Origin: Pristiophorus japonicus
Lineage: Eukaryota
Assembly (NCBI RefSeq): GCF_044704955.1
Contig: NC_091991.1
Location: forward strand, 112,592,001-112,656,000
Reading direction: 5' to 3'
DNA: 64,000 bases
Position numbers and translations under genes: made by a program. Under the pieces are notes generated by a model. The model saw only the letters and a program-made list of their open reading frames with translations, had not been told where the DNA came from and searched no databases. This document shows positions 1 through 13,575 of this stretch, piece by piece. Every line of letters starts with the position of its first letter. The stretch's first letter is position 1.

Positions 1-496
1 GTACTAATTCAACCATCGATTTTATCCCATCCACTATTACATTTATTCTGTCTGTTCCTTCGCCAGTTACCTTTTCCTTCTATACATTCTATTTAATTAG
101 AGATTTTTATTTATTTTAAACTGTTTACAGAACTTAACCAGTTTACCTCTGTCTTCATTCTTGAACACAGCCCCAGCTCACACAGTCCATTGGCTTCAAA
201 AATTCAGAACGCTATTAATTTTAGCCAATCAGATGTTTTGAGGTTTGACCTGATTAGGTCATTAGTCACAGATTGTTTTAAACATTTTCCTACACTGAAT
301 ATATAATGTGTTAGTCTGGTGAATTAAAATCAATGGACTGAATGGTTACCTTAGTCACAGCAATTGGGGTAGTCACAGCAAAGCTTTTTTTGATAGGTCT
401 GTAAGTGCTTTCGCAAGCCCTATCAATAACTGAAGTAACCTCTCACTAAAACAAAAGGCTCACAGAATCCTGAAGGACAACTAAATAGATTCCTAC

Positions 497-591
497 CGGT
501 GATCATCTTGGGTCACCACCTTCTTCACAAAGGACAGAAAAGCGTTGCAGAAATTTAGACAGACTGCAGGCTTCCAGCAATTCCGTTCATT
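497..591 (-). CDS. DXO: DXO coding exon 5
   Basis: aaacag|AAT GAA...CAC CG|gtagga; encodes NERNCWKPAVCLNFCNAFLSFVKKVVTQDDH, matching the DXO W-x-P-x-VC-x-NFC segment. Confidence 0.93.
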
Positions 592-3500
592 CTGTTTGAG
601 ATGGGAGCAAAATGTAACTGTCTTTAATCTGAAGTCTGGCATGAACAGAGAGGCACTGCTCCAGTAATCAAATTAAGACCAATCACATTATTACATGAAA
701 CCCCCACCCCAGGAATACAGAAATAGGCCATTCAGCTCACTGCTTCTACACAATTAGCACAATTGTGGCATCTGCCCAAGTTACTTAATGTCTTGCGGTC
801 AATTGACCACCGTGAGCGAGAATCAAAATCGGGCCCAATCTTCTCCTTGGAGTGCGGAGGCCAAATGCTGCCCTACTCTGGACTGAGAATCAAACGTGGG
901 ACCTTCTGGTCTGTACGGACAGCTCAGGGAAATTTTCCAATGGGTCAGCACTGTAGTTCATTCAAACAGCTCGAAGATTACACCTCCTACAAAAGGACAA
1001 CAGACCCACCCTGTTTATGCACACGGTCCGATGGCAGGCTTTGAGGAACCGATCAAGTTGGACTAAAAGGCTGCAGCCAGGTTTAGAGAAGAAAATTATT
1101 GCAATATCCACCATACTAATTAGAAATCACCTTATATCACATGGCCATTTTGCATGAATTTTTTAATAACAAAACTTATTTAAATATATTTGATCTCGGC
1201 TCAAATGTTAAGCAGTGATTCTTACAAGAACTTTGCTCATGTCTGGCAAGTTCCAGTTTCTACCATCTATACAGAACTGCACTGATCGATGGCCTCAGCA
1301 CCAGATCAATAAATGAGTGCAGAGTTACTGTTGAGAATATTATTATTTAAGAAGGTGCTTTTGTTGGGTATGTGAGGCTTCACAAATTGACTGTTCCCAC
1401 TCTGAGTTGCAGCAGAAACTACATGAAGATATGGAAATCCAGTCGAGAACAATTTGCTTGCTAATTCCAAAAGATAGATTTATCATTGGGGATATCTGGC
1501 TGCCTGTAACTGAAGTTAGCTAGAACGTTGGGCAATGCTTCAGGAGATTAGGATTTTTGTTCATCTGTTCCTGTTTCAGCACCTCTGCAATGCTTACCAT
1601 TTAATCCATCAAATCCCTCCAGGGCCTCGCCCCTCCCTATCTCTGTAATCTCCTCCAGCTCCCCCCCCCCCGCCCCACCCAAGATATCTGTGCTCCTCTA
1701 ATTCGGCCCTCTTGATCATATAATCCCTGATTATAATCGCTCAACCATCGGTGGCCGTGCCTCCAGCTGCCTAGGCTCTAAGCTCTGGAATATCCCTCCT
1801 AAACCTCTCCGCCTCTCTTTCTTCTTTAAGACGCTCCTTAAAACCTTTTGGTCATCTGCCCTGATTTCTCCTGATGTGGCTTGGTGTAACATTTTTGTCA
1901 ACATTCCTGTGAAACACTGTGGGACGTTTTACTATGTTAAAGGCGCTATATAAATACAAGTTAGTTGCTGTTGTTAATTGCTTACTCCAATAATGTTTGT
2001 CAATTCTGTGGGTGTTGCTGGTAAAAGCCATGGTTATCTTTTATTCCCCCTTCTCAATAATTATACAGCTGGCAGTCCATAACTTTAAGAATGATTTTGA
2101 ATGAGTTTTTGTGCACAAACCTTGACGAGGTGATGAATCTTCATTGTTTCAAAAGACTGAAGTGAAACTACTGTCCCACTGTCATCTCTAAAGCCTGCGA
2201 TTATCCGAGGTACTCCAGGCAGAAAGGACTGTGCCCACCATTTGATCAGTTTAAATCTGCACAGACAAAGTTGACATCATCAGAAATTCCAAATGACTTT
2301 GCTGTGCGCATTGCGATGCTGCATCCCATTTCGCAAACGTTACGTTTTGCAATTGGAGCTAATGTTCCAGCAGCCTCACTGTACACAAAACAGGACTGTG
2401 GCAACTGTGTAATGGTGTGAGTAACAGGAGTAGTATGATCACCGAAGACCACTGACAGCATTACAGGATGGAGAAAGCATACTTTAGATTCGAGGATCCA
2501 GAGAAAGGTCTCCACAGTGTCCCTTGGGATAGCGAGAGGGTTGATCTGCCCCCCTCAGAATGAACAGTTCATATTTAATTTGCACACAGACAAATTCAGG
2601 TAAGAGCAGGTTTTTATTGTGAACTATGATGAAGAGGAGAATGAAATTGTTTCTTTTTAAAAAGAGGTTTGCTTTGCTTGTATTTTCCCCTCGTGATCAT
2701 TCAGCCAATGGACACACTCATTTAAACAAACGCCTCCTCACTGCGGAGTTGTTGCTTTCTCCCTCTGTGAATTGTGACTTTTTACTCTGGCTTCCATCTT
2801 TCTACAGGGTGACTCCAGCCAAGGCTGTGTATAAATCAGCCTCTGTGCTGACCTGTTACTATCTTCCAGTCTCCGCCTACAGCAGTGACTGACACCGTGT
2901 TGGTGGTTTCATGTTCTTCAATTGAAAATTTGATCAATACATTACCAAAAGTACCATAATTCTACTGTTTTAAAAATGAACTATTTCCAATTTTGAAAAT
3001 GTCTGGGAAACCGAGCAGAGCACTGGTTAAGTTCCACTTGCACAGATTCCACCAACTCGAGATCGCTGTGTGGCGGACCACATACGTGCATATTTACTAT
3101 TTGTAAGACTCTCTAAAACCACTGCAGTCAAGCATCTGAAACAATCCTGCCGCTGTGGCCTGCTGGTGTTTATGGGAGTGTGTTCACTAGCTGGATGTGC
3201 AATAGGTAGGCTGGCATTGACAAGAGGATCATTTCCGCGTCCGTGTAAGTGCAGGAGGCAAAAGCTACCAACCTATGAAAACTCCTCTCTTGATTGGGAT
3301 TGTAAATCTCCCTGCTTGTCTTTAGCTCCAGATAACACTGTGGGGCCTTTAAGCTCGGGTCAGAGTTGTCTTTGCAGTCCACCTCACCAGAGAATACAAG
3401 TGAGTGGCCGTTCAGCCGAGTTCGAACCACACAACAAAATGCTTCGTTGGTGTTTACCACACCTGCTGGGTTAGGATTCCCACCTGGTTTGTCTGAAAGA

Positions 3501-6500
3501 AATACTGTGAATATTAGTCAATTTTCCACTTTCTTATCCTAAACGTTGAGGGGATGGCACTCACTCTTGCTAGGGTACAATTCGAGGAGTAATAGATGGC
3601 CTTCAGTATTTCATTCATGTGTGTCAGTCGTGGCTCAGTGGGCAGCACCCTCGCCTCCGAGTCAGAAGGTCGTGGGTTCAAGTCCCACTCCAGAGACTTG
3701 AGCATTTAAATCCAGGCTGACACTCTCAGTGTAGTGCTGAGGGAGCGCTGCACTGTCAGAGGTGCCGTCTTTCGGATGAGACGTTAAACCGAGGCCCATC
3801 TGCCCTCGTAAAAGATCCCATGGCACTATTTCAAAGAAGAGCAGAGGAGTTATCCCCGGTGTCCTGGCCAATATTTATCCCTCAATCACATCACTAAAAC
3901 AGATGATCTGGTCGTTATCACATTGCTGTTTGTGGGAGCTTGCTGTGCTCAAATTTGCTGCCGCGTTTCCTACATTACAACAGTGACTACACTTAAAAGT
4001 ATTTAAGTGGCTGTAAAGTGCTTTGGGACTTCCGGTGGTCGTGAAAGGTATTACAGGAATACAAGTAATTTTTCTTTTCATGTGGCTATTCTTCAGGGAT
4101 AAGGCTGTACAGTGAGTGTTGTCAGCTATTTGACTACGGAAGGCATCAGCTAATATCTACACATGTGCAGATTTCCGTGCCTCAGATGCTGCCCTGGCTG
4201 AGGTCAGCGAACACCACAAAGACCGGATCTTTATTGGTCTATAACAAGTAAGATTTAAGGAATGATTGCCAGTACAAACCAGACAACTACAAACAAAACA
4301 CCTCTATTCTTTGATAGTATGGGCTCTCAGTAATTATTTGGGGAATTCTGTGAGGAATTGGTATACTTCTATCTGTGCTTATCTTTATAACCTCGAGTTC
4401 TGTTCCGAACAGATATTTGTTCAGCTTTTTCACAGACAAACAACAGCGACCACAGCTACTATTCAGTTCAGAGTTACAAATGTAATCTCTTTATCCTTCA
4501 AATTAGATTGGCTATGCACTAGCCTTGGTTAGGATTTCAATAAAGTGCGATGGTGGGAACATTTCATTCTGTGTCCACGTGTACTGCGAAAAACACCCAG
4601 CGACACAATTATAGATTATGTCCTTTCAAACTTGCTTGTGGCTGGAGACACTCTCGAGCTTTATAATGCAGGACTGAAACACTGATAACTATAGGTGGTG
4701 CAGCGCAGGAGAAATGTGAAATTATTAAGAGCATTCAATGCATAAATGCAATTTCCCCCCATAGCGTATGGCTTATGGCTATCAACACATTAAATAAGCT
4801 AGTGACCTTAGTCACATTACTAGTGCAGTGGGTGATTAATGGCAACGTTAACTTTATCGGTTATTTATAGGCTGAGTGTGCTTGTAGCTCTTTGAGGTTA
4901 TGGCAATTGACACAAAGTCAATTAGCTGCTGAAAAGGTAACGTTTCCTTAACTAATTTCATCTGATCATTACACTCCTTTGATCTGACATCGGTCTGGGC
5001 CAAAGCAATGAAAGTTTTGGACAAATCTCTCACCTGCACACAAGTACTGCTCAAACTTATACCCTCCATACATCAATTCCTCCTGCATTTCGGTCCGCTG
5101 CTCTCTCTGCCGCCTGGCTTCTTCTGTCTCCACCTCACTCATGTAATAAGTTCCATTAAACCGGGTCACCGCCATCAGCCAGCCCTCCCGGTTCTCATAT
5201 GGGGTGGTGAGAATCTTTGTCAGGTGTCCTCTCCATGTGATGAAGTCTGTGTGCAGCTGACTGCAAGTAAAAATGGACAATGTCTCACACCAGCAAAACA
5301 CAAACACACATGGAAGAGCAACTGGTAGAGATCCTTCTCCTTTAAACACACTGCTGGTCCGTTTGGGTGATGTCCATTTCCATTGCCAAACAGCCAGGGC
5401 TATCCAAAGATGCATACTGTAATAGTCTGGCATGGAATGTGCACAATTGCCTGCTTACTCCTCCTCTTAAGATATGATTCTCTTTTTATCCACCGCAATA
5501 GGATAAACGGCAGACTATTGAGACTTAAATCAAGGACCCCAGTCAGATTTTTTTTAAAGGCCAGAGCACTGTTTCTTAAACGATAAAGGATTATGGGGAG
5601 CGGGCAGGGAAGTGGAGCTGAGTCCATGATCAGATCAGCCATGATCTTATTGAATGGCGGAGCAGGCTCGAGGGGCCGAATGGCCTACTCCTGCTCCTAT
5701 TTCTTATGTTCTTATGTACTGTAATGCCATTTTATTTGCTTCTATATATTTTTTAATAGGGGAGCAGGCGGGGAAGTGGAGTTGAGGCCAAAATCAGATC
5801 AGCCATGATCTTATTGAATGACGGAGCAGGCTCGAGGGGCCAAATGACCGATTCCTATTTCTTATGTGGGGTGGAGCATTGACATTGTAAATAAAACCAA
5901 TGGAGGGAAAAATTGAAAAGTAAAAGTCGAGGAGTAAAAAGCCCCCCCTCTGGTCAGTGGAATATCAATGTCTATTTTAGAAAATATTGTTTGAGTCATT
6001 TAGGACTGTTTTATACAACTTGTTGACCTCAATCACATATGTGTATTCATCAATCTGTCTGGTGTGGAAATGATTGTTAAATATGAGGAATCAGTGGTTC
6101 AGTTTTTCCCTCCGTTGATTTTATTTTGTTCATCTATCGACAAAGTGTCTCAGGTACCATTGAAACGTAAAGGCAAGGGAGAGAAAGTCGGGAAGTCAAG
6201 ACCATATTCATTATTAAAAGACTACTCCATCGTAAATGCATACAGCCACAAAGTATCATACAGTTCCTGCCAGAAAACAAATTAGGTTTCTTCAAAGTGA
6301 TGTTTTCCATTTACAGACATAATGAAATAAACATCTGTATCATTAGAAATGTTACACCTGCATGTATTTCCTGACTGGGGGAATGGGATGGCGTAATAGG
6401 CCAGGATTTGGTTTTTCGCCCTGGACCTGGGCTCAAATGGATCCTAGCTGATAGTAAGGGCCGTATTTAAAATGAGCGTGATCATTTCCTGGTGGCCCTG

Positions 6501-7710
6501 ATTCAGCAATAAACCGGCACTTTCACTCCGTGGCTGGTGTGCATTTGGGGCATGCTCTTGAGGTTGAAACTGAGGATATGGTCGGGGCAGAATCGAAGGA
6601 ACTTCACTCTGCTATTAACTGCACAGCGCTGGCTGATGATGATGGGTGTCTGAAATAGAAAGTGTTCCAGTCCACATGAGGAAAGATTGGATAGGCTGGG
6701 CTTGTTTTCTTTGGAACAGAGGAGGCTGAGGAGAGACCTTATTGAGGTGTGTAAAATTATGAGGGGCCTAGACAGAGTAACTAGGGAGGACCTATTTCCC
6801 TTAGCAGAGGGATCAACAACCAGGGGGCATAGATTTTAAGTAATTGGTAGAATGTTTAGAAGGGATTTGAGGGGAAATTTCTTCACCCAGACGGTGGTGA
6901 GGTTCTGGAACTCACTGCCTGAAAGTGTGGTAGAGGCAGATACCCTCACCACATTTAAAAAGTACTTGGATATGCACTTGAAGTGCCGTAACCTACAGGG
7001 CCATGGACCAAGAGCTGAAAAGTGGGATTAGGTTGGATAGCTTTGTCGGCAGATGCGGACATGATGGGCCGAAATGGCCTCCTTCTGTGCTGTAAATTTC
7101 TACGATTCTATTCTATAAGTGGAAAATTCATGTGATTTTAAAAAAAAAGGGAAGTGAAATGGATAGTTTTACGCATCATAAACCTAGACTACAAATATAT
7201 TATTTTACTATTTAACAGAATTAAAAAGCGAAATGCCACAACTTACTTTGTCAGAGCAGGTGATTTGTCTTCCCCCGACAGCATGGGGAATTTGTGTTTG
7301 TTCAGTAATATCCACTTCAGGATGTGGTCCAGCTTTTCCTTAACGTTATCGTTCCTTTTGATATATCTGTCTTTGTAACCGTCTCGCAGATTGAAATTGG
7401 GGTTCTTACTGGTGGGCTCCACGCAGTATTTCAGCTGCCGGGCATCATTAAAGAGCTGGCGACGGGAATCCAAGGAGAAGCAGCCGATCTCGACAGGCTG
7501 CCTGTAATCAGGAAAGTTCTTGTCGTAACAGTCTGGCTGCACTGGGAGGGCAAGTTCATATTTGTTGTCATTGTTTCTGTTTGTGTGTGACGTGCATTGT
7601 TTATCAGTGTCCGCCCGCAGTAGCTTAATCTGACTCTCTTGTATATCATCTGCTTTTCGTTTAAAGACTCCCCTGGACGATTCCCTACTGGTATTGAAGT
7701 GCTGATCCAT
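497..7710 (-). CDS. DXO: DXO/DOM3Z decapping and exoribonuclease gene, coding exons 7247-7710, 5034-5260, 3273-3492, 2121-2256, 497-591; final exon outside the window
   Basis: Exons join in frame with GT-AG boundaries. The product carries Rai1/DXO motifs: EIGCFSLD, ITWRGHLTK, MSEVET, GYKFEQY, GEVDC, ELKTS, KWWAQSFLPGV, CLNFCNAFL. Confidence 0.96.
1600..1975 (+). mobile_element. 3' fragment of an L2-type LINE
   Basis: Ends ...gggacgttttactatgttaaaggcgctatataaatacaagtt...gttgtt, the same tail as the Deu-SINE copies here. Confidence 0.6.
2121..2256 (-). CDS. DXO: DXO coding exon 4
   Basis: tgtgcag|A TTT AAA...GTC AAG|gtttgt; encodes FKLIKWWAQSFLPGVPRIIAGFRDDSGTVVSLQSFETMKIHHLVK. Not in the ORF track; read directly. 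Confidence 0.94.
3273..3492 (-). CDS. DXO: DXO coding exon 3 (catalytic GEVD and ELK motifs)
   Basis: tttcag|AC AAA CCA...TTT CAT AG|gttggt; encodes DKPGGNPNPAGVVNTNEAFC...FSGEVDC...YLELKTS...RSFH. Confidence 0.95.
3621..4066 (+). mobile_element. tRNA-derived Deu-domain SINE (SacSINE1/AmnSINE1-like), near full length
   Basis: A box TGGCTCAGTGGG, B box GGTTCAAGTCC, central ttgctgtttgtgggagcttgctgtg...cctacattacaacagtgactacac block and L2-like tail; multiple copies in the window. Confidence 0.8.
5034..5260 (-). CDS. DXO: DXO coding exon 2
   Basis: ttgcag|T CAG CTG...TGT GCA G|gtgaga; encodes QLHTDFITWRGHLTKILTTPYE...YGGYKFEQYLCA. Confidence 0.95.
5570..5867 (+). mobile_element. Two tandem 5'-truncated CR1 3' tails
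   Basis: gatcagccatgatcttattgaatggcggagcaggctcgaggggccgaatggcctactcctgctcctatttcttatg, shared with the longer CR1 copies. Confidence 0.75.
6375..6672 (+). mobile_element. Decayed SINE, possibly LF-SINE-related
   Basis: Degenerate tRNA-like head and body blocks resembling the LF-SINE consensus as I recall it; a related head occurs at about 17810-17950. Confidence 0.35.
6675..7117 (+). mobile_element. CR1 LINE 3' end
   Basis: Encodes the typical ORF2 C-terminus (LFSLEQRRLR..DLIEV.KIMRGLD) and ends in a ttctac/ttctat tail. Confidence 0.8.
7247..7710 (-). CDS. DXO: DXO first coding exon
   Basis: ATG at 7710-7708. Acceptor tttgcag lies upstream (exon starts 7743) and donor GTAAGT at 7246-7241. 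Encodes MDQHF...YRQPVEIGCFSLD...NFNLRDGY...KLDHILKWI. Confidence 0.93.
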
Positions 7711-9906
7711 AGCTTCACGCTTTTTGATTTAATAAAAGAAAGCCTGCAAAAAAATGTACAAAAATCAACAGGTGAAATATAATCGACAGAAACTACCAAT
7801 ATTATGGGACATGTTTAGTCTAGACTGTGCATCTTTCAGTGGCTCAGTTGGTAAAGGCAGTATGTAACTAAGCAGTGACCATAAACTCCCACATTCGATT
7901 CACAGTCAATGCTGAGTGCGTTGACCTAGGTGCAACAGTTGGCTTCACTGTCTCTGGGCAAGGAAGGAGGAAAGAAAAATAATCAGCCAGGGCACCTGAT
8001 TGCCATCCAATGTCCTGCTGCAGTCAAATAGCCTGCCGGCACTCACTGTCTATGCTCAGACTTGAAGAATGGCCACTTGGGTACTTGTGGAACTGTGTCC
8101 CAGCTTGAGTGAGTCAAGAGAGGAGGGAGAAAAATGGGTTGGACTCTCCTAATCATTTCTACCAGGACCAGAGATAAACGATACATTTAAACTGATCAAG
8201 TAGACACACACCTAGGTATCAAATGTATATTTTACACAAAGCAGTGTATTTTATATTCACCTCTAAAACAATGGTGAGGACAATAAATATATTTAAAACA
8301 CTGGCATAAAGTCAATTGAAATGATTATGTAAATACACTGAACTACCTTGTAGCAAAGTCAACAATGTTGTAATGCCTCTCTCAAAATTCCATGGATACA
8401 AAAATTCCTCTTCCCTGCATCATACTTAATGGCAACGTCTAAGAAAAACAGGTGACTGTTTCAAAAATAAAATTGAATTTAAAACTCAGTGTATTTGTAT
8501 TAAAGCAATAAATTCCTAATGATTATAATCTGCTTAGTCTTTTTTGCACTAAAAAAATTTGAATAACCAGATAATCTGAATTAAGACTGTACTGGCAGAA
8601 TGGAACTTTTAAATATTCTGCACTGAATACAAAAAAGGACATTTGATCCACCAGTTACATCACGGAAACAGGCCACTCAGCCCAACTGGTCTATCCCCCC
8701 AACCCATCGGGACATGGGTGCGCAGTTACAATATGGTGCGGATATTGATCAGGGGAGCTGCAGTCTATGATCCTGCATGACAGTCAGCAATGGGAATACA
8801 CTTCAAGGAGTGACTCCTGATGTTTCCCATCACTCGATAGTGTGTGAATAGAACGTGCAGCTGAGTGGTGAGTGTGATCTTAATCCAATCAATAGGTTTG
8901 TACACACACTTCATAAACTTTGTGTTGCTTGAGTTTAGGCCCAGTGCACCATTCATACTCTCGGTCTGGAGTGCTGCAGTCGGATCCTGTGCATCGATGT
9001 CCTCCAGTTCCTTCACACCCCCTCCCTCAGATGACAAGACCTATCACCAACTTGCCCTGTGTGCCTCACATCGTTGTCCAGATTCCTTTGCTAAAAATTA
9101 TTTATTGCTGCATATAGCACCAGGCTCGGTAACGGGCCGTGCAAGTATTTCCTTCAAAACACGTGTCCTTTCATTCTCACTAATCTTACCTCCTTGGCCT
9201 GATGAGCTGGTATTGATCATCTTTGTCGCTCTCCTCTGCTCCCTTTGGTGACCAAAGTTAATCCAATATTGAAAGTGTGGTCTTACTAGTATATTGTTCA
9301 GACTCAATCCCACATCCTTGCTCCTGGCACGGCCTTCTGACATGCAATTAATTTTAGTAATAAGGATCTCACTGCAGATTTTTTACACATCAATTTTTGG
9401 ACCATTCACAAATCCTCATCATACTCCACCCGATAATCAAAATTAGTGTCAATCACGCATACTTTGTCCCTAAAAAAACAGAATATAATGCGGCTCAGCA
9501 TTAATCATTTGCCATTTCCTTAAATATCAACTTGTTACATATTTTCCATCCGGTAGAATTTAGTGTAACTTATACGTAGCATCATGTATCATGTGTTGTG
9601 GTACTGAGGCAAACAGACCAGGAGGGTCCTTGTGCTGGATTAGTTTATGAGGGGTGAGGTTACAATTGGCCCCTACTTCTGATTGCTAGCGATGACCCCT
9701 GCACTTGAAAGGGGATAGGAACAGGCTCCACCATAATACAACCCTTGCTCCTTTCTCCCCTTCCCCCCAATTGTCAGATTGTCTCCTGACATATGGCATC
9801 CTGGACAAGGTACTAGACGGCTGATGTTGTCTGTGGAACTGTGCTTTTTAAAAAATATACAAGGAGGCATTATTGCTAACATATTTTAGTCCTACTATAA
9901 ATGCCA

Positions 9907-11960
9907 ACATAAGAAATAGGAGCAGTAGGCCATACGGCCCCTCGAGCCTGCTCCGTCATTCACTAAGATCATTGCTGATCTGACCTTGGACTCAGCTCCA
10001 CTTCCCTGTCCGCTCCCCATAACCCTTCACTCCCTTATCGCTCAAAAATCTGGGTATCTCCACCTTAAATAGATTCAATGACCCCAGCTCTCTGGGGCAG
10101 AGAATTCCAGATTCACAACCCTCTGAGAAAAGTTTCTCCTCATCTCTGCTTAAATGGGCGACCCCTTATTCTGAAACTATGGCCCCTAGTTCTAGATTCC
10201 CCCACGAGTGGAAACATCCTCTCTGCATCTACCCTGTCAAGACCCCTCAGAATCTGGTATGTTTCAATAAGATCACCTCTCATTCTTCTAAACTCCAATG
10301 AGTATAGGCTCAACCTGCTCAACCTTTCTTCATCAGTCATCTCCTTCATCTCAGGAATCAACCGAGTGAACCTTCTCTGAACTGCCTACAATGTATAAAT
10401 AAGGAGACCAAAATTGTACGCAGTACTCTAGGTGTGGTTTCACCAATATCCTGGACAGTTGTAGCAGGACTTCTTTGCTTTTATACTCTACCCTCCTTGC
10501 AATAAAGGCCAACATTCCATTTGCCTTCCTGATTACTTGCTGTATCTGCATGCTAACTTTTTGTGTTTCATGCACAAGGACCCCCTGGTCTCTCTGTACT
10601 GTAGCATTTTGTAATCTCTATCCATTTAAATAAAAATTCGCTTTTTTAATTTTCATGCCAAAGTGGATAACCTCACATTTTCCAACATTATACTCCATCT
10701 GCCAAATTTTTGCCCACTCACTTAGATTGTCTGTATCTCTTTGCAGATTATTTGTGTCCTCCTCACAATTTGCTTTCCCACCCATCTTTGTATCGTCAGC
10801 AAACTTGGCTACATTACACTCGGTCCCTTCATCCAAGTCATTAATATAGATTGTAAATAGTTGAGGACCCAGCACCGATCCTTGTGGCACCCCACTAGTT
10901 ACTGTTTGTTAACCGGAAAATGACCCATTTATCCAGACTCTCTGTTTTCTGTTAGTTAGCCAATCCTCTATCCATGCTAATATATTACCCTCAACCCCAT
11001 GAGCTCTTATCTTGTGCAGTAACTTTTTATGTGGCACCTTATCAAATGCCTTCCGGAAATCCAAATACATCACATCCACTGGTTCCCCCTTTTCCACCCT
11101 GCTCGTTACATCCTCAAAGAATTCCAGCAAATTTGTCAAACATGATTTCCCTTTCATAAAACCATGCTGACTCTGCTTGACTGTACTATGCTTTTCCAAA
11201 TGTCCTGCTACTGCTTCCTTAATAATGGACTCCAGCATTTTCCAAACGACAGATGTTGGCTAACTGGTCTATAGTTTCCTGCTTTCTGTCTCCCTCCTTT
11301 TTTAAATAGGGGCGTTAATTTGCGGATTTCCAATCCACTGGGACCTCTCCAGAATCCAGGGAATTTTGGTAGATTACAACCAATGCATCCACGATCTCTG
11401 CAGCCACTTCTTTTAAGACCCTAGGATGCAAGACATCAGGTCCAGGCTACTTGCCCACCTTTAGTCCCATTATTTTACTGAGTACTTTTTCTTTACTAAT
11501 AATGATTGTTTTAAGTTCCCCTTCCCTATAGCCTCTTGATTATCAATTACTGGGATGTTTTTAGTGTCTTCTACAATGAGGACAGATACAAAATATTTGT
11601 TCAGTCTCTGCCATTTCCCTGTTTCCAATTACTAATTCCCCAGTCTCATCCTCCAAGGGACCAACGGTTACTTTAGCTACTCTCTTCCTTTTTAGATACC
11701 TGTAGAAACTCTTACTATCTGTTTTTATATTTCTTGCTAGTTTACTCTCATAATCCATCTTCTCTCTATTATTTTTGTAGTCGTCCTTTGCTGATTTTTT
11801 AAAAATTCCCAATCCTCTGGCCTCCCACTAATCTTGGCCACTTTGTATGCCTTTGTTTTTCAATTTGATTCCATCCCTTACTTCCTTAGTTAGCCACGGA
11901 TGGTCCTCCCTTCTCTTAAAGTCTTTCCTTCTCACTGGAATATATTTTTGTTGAGAGTTA
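9907..11960 (-). mobile_element. CR1 LINE, 5'-truncated and frameshifted
   Basis: RT peptides [31 protein letters not shown]; 3' tail at the left end. Confidence 0.9.
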
Positions 11961-12297
11961 CGTACAATTAGATTTTAACCTCGAGAAACATCCAAGGTTA
12001 AAATTGTAGTAAAAATAACGAGTTGCTTATTTTTCAGTGAACGCTACTAAACTTTTGTAAAGATTTTAATTGTGCTGTCTCTCAGTTCTAACTGCTGTGT
12101 CAAGAAATTAGTCAAGAACAAATGTGCATGTAAATGATGTACAAGATGTTTGTCAGTAACAAGTAACGTCAGATATAAATGAATAGGAATTTTGAAAAAT
12201 CATGACAGTGAAATCTCGTGCTACAAGTGTTCATGAACAGCAAGAGGCAAAATTATTCAGTCACAACAAAGGACCTAGATCTGTTTTGCATTTAATG

Positions 12298-13425
12298 CAA
12301 GAAATAGGAGCAAGGGTAGGCCATTCTGCCTCTCAAGCCTGCTCCGCCATTCAATAAGATCTTCTACCTCAACTCCACGTTCCCGCCCGATCCCCATATC
12401 CTTTGATTCCCTTAATATCCAAAAATCTATCTATCTCTGCCTTGAATATACTCAACAGCTGAGCATCCACAGACCTCTGGGGTAGAGAATTCAAAAGATT
12501 CACAACTCTGAGTGAAAAAATTTCTCTTCATCTCAATCCCAAAAAGGCCGACCTCTTATTCTGAGACTGTGACCCCTGGTTCTAGTCTCCCCAGCCAAGG
12601 GAAACATCCTCCCCGCATATACCCCTGTCAGGCCCTTCAAGAATGTATTGATATGTTTCAACGAAATCACCTCTCATTCTTCTAAACTCTAGGGATAGGC
12701 CTATTCTACTCAATGTCTCTACTTCCCAGGAATCAGTTTGTTGAACCTTCATTGCACTCCCTCCATGGCAAGTATATCCTTCCTTATGTAAGGAGACCAA
12801 AACTGTACACAATACTCCAATGTGGACTCACCGCGACCCTATATAATAAGACTGCTTTACTCTTGTACTCCATTCCCTTTGTAATAAAGGCTAGCATACC
12901 ATTTGCTTTCCTAATTGCTTGCTGTACCTGCTTGTTAACTTTCTGTGATCCGTGTACATGGACACCCAGGTCCCTCTGAATACCAACATTTCCCAGTCTC
13001 TCACCATTTAAAATATACTGTTTTTCTATTTTTCCTACTAAAGTGGATAACTTCACACTTCTCCACATTATAGTCCATCTGTCATGTTCTTGCCCAATCA
13101 CTTAACGTAACTCCTTTTGCAGCCTCTTTGTGTCCTCCTCACAGCTTACTTTCCTATCTAACTTTGTATCGTCAGCAAACTTGGCTACATTACACTCGGT
13201 CCCCTCATCCAAGGAGTTAGATGTAGTCCTTACTACTCGAGAGATCAAGGGGTATGGTGAGAAAGCAGGAATGGGGTACTAAAGTTGCATGTTCAACCAT
13301 GAACTCATTGAATGGCGGTGCAGGCTCGAAGGGCCGAATGGCCTACTCCTGCACCTATTTTCTATTAATATAGATTGTAAATAGCAGAGGCCCCAGTACC
13401 AATCCTTGCAGTACCCCATCTGTTA
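12298..13425 (-). mobile_element. CR1 LINE fragment containing an inverted CR1 3' tail (about 13213-13365)
   Basis: RT C-terminal peptides; the host sequence catccaag|...|attaatatagattg is split by a plus-strand tail. Confidence 0.85.
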
Positions 13426-13575
13426 CAACTCACAAAAGAATTTTAATTTGCTAAACTGTATTTATTTTGGTTTGTACCAAATTCTAATCATGTCTACCTC
13501 TGAACCACAACAGCAAAATAATTGGATTGTAAATTAAGTACATGAAGGAAACCCAAGTGACCTTTACCTGCAGTA

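Noticed and set aside
2530-2900. Plus-strand donor (CAG|GTAAGA at about 2600) with nearby CCAAT and TATAAA, suggesting an antisense transcript
   Set aside because: Short motifs expected by chance, and their order does not form a coherent unit.
3621-3695. tRNA gene (A and B boxes present)
   Set aside because: Continues into a SINE body repeated many times in the window; no proper cloverleaf or terminator.
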